DNA of 64,000 nucleotides from contig CAYVHB010000014.1 of the NCBI GenBank assembly GCA_964450865.1, forward strand, positions 2,676 to 66,675, in the 5' to 3' direction. Position numbers and translations under genes: made by a program. This document shows positions 7,653 through 15,083 of this stretch, one piece after another. Under the pieces are notes generated by a model. It searched no databases, was not told where the DNA came from, and was given only the letters and a program-made list of their open reading frames with translations. This DNA comes from an uncultured Oscillospiraceae bacterium (GTDB taxonomy: Bacteria > Bacillota > Clostridia > Saccharofermentanales > UBA5734). Within the stretch, counting starts at the first letter, position 1; each line of letters begins with the position of its first letter.

Positions 7653-9913
7653 TGGCTGCCGGCCTGAAGAAGGAACTCATCCTTGATAACCTGGATTGTG
7701 CAAATTGTGCCGCGCGGATCGAAAAAGCAGTCCAGGACATTGATGGCGTCACGGATGCCGTGGTTGATTTCACAACCAGAAAGCTCAGCTTCGAGATTAC
7801 GCATCCCGCCAGGCAAGCGCCTATCATGCGCGCTGTTACCGCGGCCGCTTTGCAGATCGAATCGGGACTGGAGATTTCGGAATCCGCGGCAGCCAGGCCA
7901 AAACCGGAGCCGGACAATCTGATCAAGCTGATCGCGCCCGCGAAAATGATCCGGCTGGGCCTGGGCCTTGTTTTATTCGTCCTGGGCCTGGCCTTCCAGT
8001 TTACCGAATGGATCGAGCTGGCGATATTTCTTGCCAGTTATGTGCTGATTGGCGGCGATGTCCTGCTGCGGGCCGTCCGCAATATCATCAGGGGCCAGGT
8101 TTTTGATGAGAGCTTCCTGATGAGTATTGCCACGCTTGGCGCCTTTGCGATTCGTGAATTCCCCGAAGCAGTCGCAGTCATGCTGTTTTATGAAGTGGGT
8201 GAGCTTTTTGAAAAGCTGGCGGTTGGCCGTTCCCGGCGCTCGATCAGCGCCCTGCTGGATATCCGGCCCGATTATGCCAATCTGCAAACAGGCGACACGA
8301 TCCGGCAAGTCTCACCGGAGGCCGTGCAGATTGGCGACCGGATTGTCATCAAACCAGGCGAGAAGGTCCCGCTTGACGGGTTAATTGTCGAGGGGACCTC
8401 GCTGCTGGACCTGTCTTCGCTAACCGGTGAATCCGTTCCTCGTTACGTAAAGCCGGGCGACGCGGTCTATTCAGGTTCGATCAATAGAAACGGCTTATTT
8501 TTCGTTGAAGTAACCAGGGCCTATCAGGATTCAACCGTCGCGAAAATCCTTGACCTGGTGCAGCATGCCAGCAGTAAAAAAGCCCCGACTGAAAAGTTCA
8601 TCACGAGCTTTGCCCGTTACTATACGCCGGCGGTTGTCATCATTGCCCTGGCCCTCGCGGTCATTCCACCGCTGGTCTGGCCGGGCACAGCCTTCGCGGA
8701 CTGGCTTTACCGGGCGCTGATATTCCTGGTTGTTTCTTGCCCCTGCGCCCTGGTCATTTCGATTCCCCTCGGCTACTTCGGCGGCATCGGCGGCGCATCC
8801 AGGCATGGCATCCTGATCAAGGGCAGCAACTACCTCGAAGCATTGAAAAATGTCGATACGATCGTCTTTGACAAGACTGGCACGTTAACCCGGGGTGTTT
8901 TCAAGGTAACCCGGATTCACAGCCGGCTGGCTGCGGACCAGGATTTGCTGGAAGTAGCAGCTTATGCGGAAAGTTATTCCAATCACCCGATTGCCCAGTC
9001 GATCCTGCTGGCCTATGGGCGCGAGATCAGAAAGGAACGGATTTCCAGCTATGACGAGATCCCCGGCCATGGCATCCAGGCCGTTATTGACGGCAGAACG
9101 GTCCTGGCCGGCAGCAGCCGGTTCCTGCAATCTTCAGGTGTTACGGTCGACGATCCTGTTGCGGCGGCCGCCGATTCTGTAGAATCAGGGACGATCGTTC
9201 ATTTCGCCATTGACCAGCATCATGCCGGCTATATCGTTATTGCCGATGAAATCAAAGCCGACGCGGCCCGGGCGATCAGTGAGCTCAAGGCGCTCGGCAT
9301 CCGGAAGACCGTCATGCTGACCGGTGACAGCAGGCTGGCGGGCGAGCAGATCGCCGCGCGGCTGGGCCTGGATGAGGTCTACGCCGAGCTGCTGCCCGAC
9401 CAGAAAGTCCAGCAATTTGAGCAGCTGGAAAAGGCGAAAACAACCCGGGGCAAGCTGCTGTTTGTCGGCGATGGCATCAACGACTCACCGGTCCTGGCCC
9501 GTTCGGACGTTGGCATTGCGATGGGCGGCCTGGGCTCGGATGCGGCCATTGAGGCGGCCGATGTTGTGATCATGACCGACCAGCCGTCAAAAGTTGGCGA
9601 GGCGATTCGGCTTGCCCGCAAAACCAGCCGGATTGTCCGCCAGAATATCGCCCTGGCCCTCGTGGTGAAGGTTAGCGTATTATTAATGGGTGCCGGTGGT
9701 ATAGCGTCGATGTGGGAGGCGGTCTTCGCTGACATGGGTGTGGCCTTGATCGCAATTTTTAATGCGATGCGGATCCTGAACGGGCCAAAGAACGGACCAA
9801 AGAATAAATCGAAAAACGAATCAAAAAACGAATCGAAGAACGAATCGAAAAATGAATCGAAAAATGAATCGAAAAATGAATCGAAAAATGAATCGCAAAA
9901 ACGGGCCGGATAA
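7652..9913 (+). CDS. cadA: Cd/Zn/Pb-translocating P1B-type ATPase (CadA/ZntA)
   Basis: HMA LDCANC, LTGES, CPC, DKTGTLT, SNHP, GDGINDSP. RBS GGAAGGGA before ATG 7652 (alternative 7646). Confidence 0.92.
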   Translation: MAAGLKKELILDNLDCANCAARIEKAVQDIDGVTDAVVDFTTRKLSFEITHPARQAPIMRAVTAAALQIESGLEISESAAARPKPEPDNLIKLIAPAKMIRLGLGLVLFVLGLAFQFTEWIELAIFLASYVLIGGDVLLRAVRNIIRGQVFDESFLMSIATLGAFAIREFPEAVAVMLFYEVGELFEKLAVGRSRRSISALLDIRPDYANLQTGDTIRQVSPEAVQIGDRIVIKPGEKVPLDGLIVEGTSLLDLSSLTGESVPRYVKPGDAVYSGSINRNGLFFVEVTRAYQDSTVAKILDLVQHASSKKAPTEKFITSFARYYTPAVVIIALALAVIPPLVWPGTAFADWLYRALIFLVVSCPCALVISIPLGYFGGIGGASRHGILIKGSNYLEALKNVDTIVFDKTGTLTRGVFKVTRIHSRLAADQDLLEVAAYAESYSNHPIAQSILLAYGREIRKERISSYDEIPGHGIQAVIDGRTVLAGSSRFLQSSGVTVDDPVAAAADSVESGTIVHFAIDQHHAGYIVIADEIKADAARAISELKALGIRKTVMLTGDSRLAGEQIAARLGLDEVYAELLPDQKVQQFEQLEKAKTTRGKLLFVGDGINDSPVLARSDVGIAMGGLGSDAAIEAADVVIMTDQPSKVGEAIRLARKTSRIVRQNIALALVVKVSVLLMGAGGIASMWEAVFADMGVALIAIFNAMRILNGPKNGPKNKSKNESKNESKNESKNESKNESKNESKNESQKRAG

Positions 9914-9934
9914 CGGACCGGAGAACGGGCCGGC
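9779..9934. repeat. 12-bp-period tandem array encoding (NESK)n at the cadA C-terminus and continuing past the stop
   Basis: AACGG(G/A)CCAAAG x2, AATAAATCGAAA, AA(C/T)GAATC(G/A)AAA-type x7, then nAACGG(G/A)CCGGn x3. Confidence 0.95.
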
Positions 9935-9973
9935 CTGAAGCTGCAGATCGTCCATGAAAGTCAGGTGAGTGAC

Positions 9974-10534
9974 ATGCGTGCCTATATTGATCCGCCGGGA
10001 AAATTCCCCTTGTTTTTAAGGTTTGGGATCTGGATTGCCGAGAAGATTACTGGCAAAAAGATGCTGGTCGCCAGGCTCTTGTCCTGGTATCCGCGAGCCG
10101 CGCTTGGTTCGGCTGTCCTGGAATCACTCGTCACCCATCACGATAAAATGATTGATGAGCGCATGCTCAAACTGCTGCGCATGCAAGCTTCTTTTGCTAC
10201 AGCCTGTCCGTTTTGTATGGATATGAATTCATTCGAATATGAAAAACTCAAGATCACGGCCCAGGAGTATTCTGCCTTGAAGAAACAAGGTCCGCTGGCC
10301 GGCATTGACACATTCAGTGAGCGGGAAAAGCTGGCCATTGAGTACGCCAGGCTGATTTCGCAGACGCCGCTGGGGATCACGGAGGATTTCATGCAGTCCT
10401 TGCGAACGGTGTTTCAGGAACGGGAAATTGTCATTCTGGCGACTACGGTAGCCCAGGTCAATTACTGGGCCAGGCTGTGCTCGGCTTTGGGCGTACCGCC
10501 GGCCGGGTTTACCGAAACCTGCAAGCTGGATTGA
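9974..10534 (+). CDS. Carboxymuconolactone decarboxylase / AhpD family protein
   Basis: KLLRMQAS..TACPFCMDMN CxxC motif; FSEREKLAIEYA...VAQVNYWAR. Alternative start GTG 9965. Confidence 0.8.
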   Translation: MRAYIDPPGKFPLFLRFGIWIAEKITGKKMLVARLLSWYPRAALGSAVLESLVTHHDKMIDERMLKLLRMQASFATACPFCMDMNSFEYEKLKITAQEYSALKKQGPLAGIDTFSEREKLAIEYARLISQTPLGITEDFMQSLRTVFQEREIVILATTVAQVNYWARLCSALGVPPAGFTETCKLD

Positions 10535-10672
10535 TTGCAAGCTGGCGTACGCGTGCCGCCAGTCGGGTTTAACGGATCTGCAAGTCGCTCTGTGACACCG
10601 AATCAACTGCTTCAGCGTGCTGTGCTGGTGAGGATGGATCGAAGATTGCGCTGCCCCCCCCCCGCCGCACGC

Positions 10673-10708
10673 AAAAAAACCGCTGAAGCCTGCAGCTGCA
10701 GCGGTTTT
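10673..10708 (-). terminator. Rho-independent terminator downstream of tRNA-Ser
   Basis: AAAACCGCTG/CAGCGGTTTT stem with an A7 run (U-tract on the minus strand). Confidence 0.75.
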
Positions 10709-10712
10709 CTGG

Positions 10713-10803
10713 TGGCGGAGAGAGTGGGATTTGAACCCACGGTAGACTCTCATCTACGCCGGTTTTCAAGACCGGTGCCATCAGCCAGCTCGACCATCTC
10801 TCC
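10713..10803 (-). tRNA. tRNA-Ser (anticodon UGA), CCA encoded
   Basis: Reverse complement GGAGAGATGGTCGAGCTGG...CCGGT-CTTGAAA-ACCGG, long variable arm, GGGTTCAAATCCC, TCTCTCC-G-CCA. Confidence 0.97.
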
Positions 10804-11034
10804 GTGATAGAATTTGCGAATGGCCCTCTTTCCCTCGTGCGTTGTGCGCACAATAGCCAATGAATCTGCCTGACCGGGTTGCCTGAGCCTGACTTCGCGT
10901 TGATAGTCTACATGAATCGAGTCTGAAAGTCAATGTGAATGAAACCCAAAATAAAGCTGGCCCGGCTGGCGATTCTTGACGGGTCAGCTTTGTTTTATCA
11001 GGATTTAAATAGAACCGGTTGCGGCAATGCCGTT

Positions 11035-11337
11035 TTATTCGATGGTCATGAAGTCGGCAAAGCCGGTGACGTCAAAGATCTCCTTGATGGTTTCGCTGCA
11101 GCCGGTAATTTTCATGGTGGTACCGATGGCGTTGACCTTCTTCTGGGCGGAGAGCAGGACGCGCAGGCCGGAGCTGCTGATGTATTCCAGATCGGCCAGG
11201 GCAAAGACCAGGTGGAAGCGGTCCTGCTCGTAGACCTTTTTCAGTTCTGCTTCCAGTTCGGGTGAGGTAATGGTGTCCAGGCGTCCGGTCAGGGCGAACA
11301 TAATGACGTCGTTTTCCTGGGTTTTGTTAATTTTCAT
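11035..11337 (-). CDS. STAS-domain anti-sigma factor antagonist
   Basis: LTGRLDT..SPELE...LEYISSSGLRVLL...IFDVTGF, with the phosphoacceptor Ser motif intact. Confidence 0.92.
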   Translation of the reverse strand: MKINKTQENDVIMFALTGRLDTITSPELEAELKKVYEQDRFHLVFALADLEYISSSGLRVLLSAQKKVNAIGTTMKITGCSETIKEIFDVTGFADFMTIE

Positions 11338-11362
11338 GGTCTGAACCTCCTCAATATTATCG

Positions 11363-11416
11363 CTGTCGGCATGTATGCAAGGATAAGGTCAGTCTGTCGG
11401 CATGTATGCAAGGATA
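11363..11416. repeat. 23-bp exact direct repeat (31-bp period) between the RsbW-like gene and the STAS gene
   Basis: CTGTCGGCATGTATGCAAGGATA at 11363-11385 and 11394-11416. Confidence 0.9.
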
Positions 11417-11505
11417 GGGCGGATACCTGTCATCTGGCGGCTGCATATTCAGCCAGCGGGCAGTGCGTTCGCTGCACTCGGGTCAGGGCGTCTGCAGGGG
11501 CTTGG

Positions 11506-12114
11506 TCAGAAGGCTTTCTTGACGATCATTTCCACACCGCCAGCCGTAACGGTGACCACGACGTCGTCAGCAAAGCGCTCGATGATTGATTTCTCCAGAC
11601 CGGTAGCCTCAAGGTCGGCCGCCCGCTCTTCAGCGGGTGCTTCCTGATTGTAAAGGGCCATGGACCAGGTCAGGGACGAACGCATCACCGGCATATAGGC
11701 TGCGCCCATGAAGCCATAGGCCATGGTCGAATAGAGCTCGGGCGTGTCAACCAGGGTGGGATCTGCCGCGAATAAACCGGCAAACAGATAGCTGATCTTG
11801 TTCTTGAGGCCTTTGGGCGGGGTGCTGCGCTTGGCCGACGAGACGGCGATGAAAGCCTCGCGGGCTGTCTCCGTCACGGAAGCCTTGACGGTTATGTGGA
11901 TATCAAATGCATTGTCAGTGCGTTCGAGCCAGAACAGTCCTTCGCTCTGCTTGAGAACATCCGTTGTCATCGCGATCGATTCTTCGGCCAGCAGGCGCAG
12001 GATATTGGTGTTCTTTGTATTAAGACCACAATAAACAGCGGCGCGTTCGACTTCGTCCAGGATATTGGCGATTACCTGCACATCCGCGCTGACAGGAAAG
12101 AGATCTGTTTTCAT
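11506..12114 (-). CDS. Hypothetical protein, degenerate RsbW/anti-sigma-like HATPase fold (inferred)
   Basis: LRLLAEESIAM resembles the N-box helix. C-term GLEKSIIERFADDVVVTVTAGGVEMIVKKAF resembles the RsbW C-terminus. Co-oriented with the STAS gene. Confidence 0.6.
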   Translation of the reverse strand: MKTDLFPVSADVQVIANILDEVERAAVYCGLNTKNTNILRLLAEESIAMTTDVLKQSEGLFWLERTDNAFDIHITVKASVTETAREAFIAVSSAKRSTPPKGLKNKISYLFAGLFAADPTLVDTPELYSTMAYGFMGAAYMPVMRSSLTWSMALYNQEAPAEERAADLEATGLEKSIIERFADDVVVTVTAGGVEMIVKKAF

Positions 12115-12357
12115 GAAGCCTCCTCATAGTTTGTTTTTGTTCGTTTTCCATCAGGCCGGGCCCGACCCAGCCTGGTTTTACCGTTATTATACCAGTTAAA
12201 TAGACTGATCGGATCTATTCTACTCTTTTCTGGGCTTACCGGCAAGGTAGGGTGATGAATTCCATGAATTTTGTGATATAACTCTGTACAAAAGCCTGTA
12301 AATCAGCATATAATCTACCTGAATAACCACAAAGGATTCATCACTTGCGGAGGATTT

Positions 12358-13212
12358 ATGGTGAAACTGCCCGGATTGACTTCCCTGGTGCTTGTACTGC
12401 TGATTGTTACCCTGGTCTTGCCGCTGGCCGCTTGTGGCGGCAATAAGGGACCGGTTGCACCGCTGGATGTCACCGATTTGCGCGGCCATCGCATCGGGGT
12501 CCTGATGGCCTGGAGCCCGGACTATATTCTTGAGGATTATGGCGGCATTGACCTGGTCCGCTTTGACGGTCTCAGTGATGCCCTGCTGGCCTTGAAGTAT
12601 CGGCGGATCGAGGCTTTTGCTATGGATACCATCGATGCCAAGTACCTGTGCAGCGTCCAGCCTGGTTACCAGATGCAGGAAACCCCCGTCGGGATGGACC
12701 GCTATGTCACCTTTGTCAATAATAACCGCACCGATCTCCTGGTGCAGTTCAATGAATTTGCCGCCGGATTCATGAATAGTGATGAATACCGTGACCTGCA
12801 TGAGCGGGTCATGAATGTCGATAACGGCGAGTTTGTCAACAATGATATCCCGGCCCATACCGAGGGGCCGCTGATCAACGTCGCCATTGACGCGGCCGCG
12901 ATGCCTTACACCTCCTATGACTTTGCATCGGACCGTTATATTGGCAGCGACGTCGAGGTGATCCAGATGTTTGCCTGGCAGTATGGTTACCGGCTAAATT
13001 TTATCGACAGTGATTATAATGGTTCGGTCATGAATCTGACGTCCGGCAAGGCCGACCTGTTTATCTGTGCCCTGTCGGAGGCTTATCGTTTTGAGGTGGA
13101 ATTGACCCATAAAGCGCTGGTCAGTGATCCATATTTTTCGACGTCGATCCTGCTCGTCGGGATGGGTGACCGCACGGCAATGAGCTTTGATAATCCGGAC
13201 CTCGGCTACTGA
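12358..13212 (+). CDS. Polar amino-acid ABC substrate-binding lipoprotein (SBP_bac_3), circularly permuted
   Basis: Lipobox LAAC. The GlnH C-half motifs (DLRGHRIGV, KYRRIEAFAMD) precede the N-half motifs (VAID...PY...GSDVEV...GKADL...SDPY). Confidence 0.85.
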   Translation: MVKLPGLTSLVLVLLIVTLVLPLAACGGNKGPVAPLDVTDLRGHRIGVLMAWSPDYILEDYGGIDLVRFDGLSDALLALKYRRIEAFAMDTIDAKYLCSVQPGYQMQETPVGMDRYVTFVNNNRTDLLVQFNEFAAGFMNSDEYRDLHERVMNVDNGEFVNNDIPAHTEGPLINVAIDAAAMPYTSYDFASDRYIGSDVEVIQMFAWQYGYRLNFIDSDYNGSVMNLTSGKADLFICALSEAYRFEVELTHKALVSDPYFSTSILLVGMGDRTAMSFDNPDLGY

Positions 13213-13290
13213 GGCCCAAAGGGCACCCTGTATGAGATTTTAACCGCAAGTAACCCCAAGCCACATACCATGTACTAGGAGGAGATATGG

Positions 13291-13989
13291 ATGGACTCGT
13301 TTTTCAAGTATCTGAATGACCTGTTGTATGCCAGCCTGATCTATGAAAATCGCTACCTGTTCTTGCTGAAAGGGCTGGGCAATACGCTGCTCCTGACGGT
13401 TTTTTCCTTCCTGCTCGGCACCTTGTTCGGCTGCCTGTTTACGCTGGGCAATCTGCGCGGCGGCAAACTCGTCCGCAAGCTGCTGCAGGTGCTGACGCAG
13501 TTCCTGGTGCGCATTCCCAGCCTGGTCCTGCTGATGGTTTTCTCCTATATTATTTTCGCCGAGGTCAACATGAGCGGCCTGATCCTGGCCATCCTGGCTT
13601 TTACGATGAAAACCGCGTCTTATATGAGCGATATTTTTACCTCGGCGATCCAGTCCCTTGATTCGGGCGAGGTCGAGGCGGCCCGTTCGCTGGGCTTCTC
13701 CAAGCTGAAGGCCTTTTTCTATATTACGTTGCCCCAGGCGGTGCAGGTGGCCCTGCCGGTGTACAAGAACCAGTTCATCACGACGCTGCAGGAGACTTCG
13801 ATTGTTGGTTTCCTGGCCATCCAGGACCTGACCCGGGCCAGCAATATCATCGCCAGCCGGACCCTGGATCCCTTTATTTCCCTGATCATTGTCTCGGTGG
13901 CCTACCTGACCATCGGCTGGGTGACGAATCTGCTGCTATCGCTCCTGGAACGCTCCCACCATATCAGTCCTGCGGAGGTTGCTGCATGA
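13291..13989 (+). CDS. Amino-acid ABC transporter permease (HisM/GlnP family)
   Basis: LLKGLGNTL, EAARSLG EAA loop, ITLPQA, LQETSIVGFLAIQDLTR. Confidence 0.92.
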   Translation: MDSFFKYLNDLLYASLIYENRYLFLLKGLGNTLLLTVFSFLLGTLFGCLFTLGNLRGGKLVRKLLQVLTQFLVRIPSLVLLMVFSYIIFAEVNMSGLILAILAFTMKTASYMSDIFTSAIQSLDSGEVEAARSLGFSKLKAFFYITLPQAVQVALPVYKNQFITTLQETSIVGFLAIQDLTRASNIIASRTLDPFISLIIVSVAYLTIGWVTNLLLSLLERSHHISPAEVAA

Positions 13990-15068
13990 TCCAGTTGAAG
14001 AATCTGGCCAAGTCGTTTGGTACTAATGTCATTTTCCAGAACGTGAATTATGAGATCAAGAAAGGCGACGCCGTGGTCATTATTGGCCCGTCCGGCTGTG
14101 GCAAGAGCACCATGCTGCGCTGTATCAATGGCCTGGAGAAGCCTACGGGCGGCGAGGTCTGGGTGAACAACCAGAACATCGCCGATCCGAAGGTGGCCAT
14201 TGACAAGATTCGCAGCAAGATGGGGATGGTTTACCAGTCCTTCAACTTGTTCAGCCACAAGAATGTCCTCGAGAACGTGATCGCCGCGCCCATGCTTGTC
14301 AATCGCCTGGGCCGCAAGGAAGCGATTGCCGAGGCCATGCAATATCTGCGGCTGGTCGGAATGGAGAACCGCGCGTTTCATATGCCCAACCAGCTGTCCG
14401 GCGGTCAGAAACAGCGGGTGGCGATTGCCCGTTGCCTGGCGATGCATCCGGAGGTCATTTTATTCGATGAGCCAACGTCCGCGCTCGATCCGACGATGGT
14501 CGACGAGGTGCTCGGCGTTATCCAGCGCCTGATCAAGGACAAGATGACCTGCGTGATTGTCACCCATGAGATGTCCTTTGCCCAGAAAGTAGCCACCCAG
14601 GTTATTTACCTGGATGACAGGGGCATCTACGAAACGGGCACGGCCGAGCAGATCTTTGCCCGGCCGCAGCGGGAGAAGACCCAGGCGTTCATTCACAAGC
14701 TGCGGGTCTTTGAGCGGACGATTACACCGGTCAATGCTGACCTGTACAGTTTCATGACGGAGGTTCGCTCCTATTGCGCCCAATATGGCTTTACCAATCG
14801 CCAGCTTGATACAGTCAACCTGATTTATGAGGAGCTGATTTATCCGCTGGTTGCGGATCTGGCACGGAATAAGGCTATTATCTTCCGTTTGCGCTGCAAT
14901 ACGGCCGGGGAGATGATCGAGGTAATATTGACCGATCCGCGGGCGGCCGGCGACTGGCTGACGGCCGAAGGGGTCGACGAGCTGGGCGTAAAAATTATCC
15001 GCAGCATGGCTAGGGAAATGGAATCGACGCTGAAAGACGGTGTGGCCGAGCTGCGGATGCTGCTGTAA
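13986..15068 (+). CDS. Amino-acid ABC ATPase (GlnQ-like) fused to a C-terminal RsbW-like domain
   Basis: GPSGCGKST, LSGGQKQR, ILFDEPTSALD, VTHEM. About 120 extra residues: VNLIYEELI...VILTD...DELGVKIIRSMA. Confidence 0.9.
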   Translation: MIQLKNLAKSFGTNVIFQNVNYEIKKGDAVVIIGPSGCGKSTMLRCINGLEKPTGGEVWVNNQNIADPKVAIDKIRSKMGMVYQSFNLFSHKNVLENVIAAPMLVNRLGRKEAIAEAMQYLRLVGMENRAFHMPNQLSGGQKQRVAIARCLAMHPEVILFDEPTSALDPTMVDEVLGVIQRLIKDKMTCVIVTHEMSFAQKVATQVIYLDDRGIYETGTAEQIFARPQREKTQAFIHKLRVFERTITPVNADLYSFMTEVRSYCAQYGFTNRQLDTVNLIYEELIYPLVADLARNKAIIFRLRCNTAGEMIEVILTDPRAAGDWLTAEGVDELGVKIIRSMAREMESTLKDGVAELRMLL

Positions 15069-15083
15069 GCTGGAAGTAAGCGG

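Noticed and set aside
10654-10663. C10 homopolymer as a phase-variation tract
   Set aside because: It is intergenic between convergent units, outside any CDS or evident promoter.
1-10803. Genomic island integrated at the tRNA-Ser 3' end
   Set aside because: No integrase and no duplicated tRNA 3' end were seen in the window, and a normal terminator follows the tRNA. The far boundary could lie outside the window.
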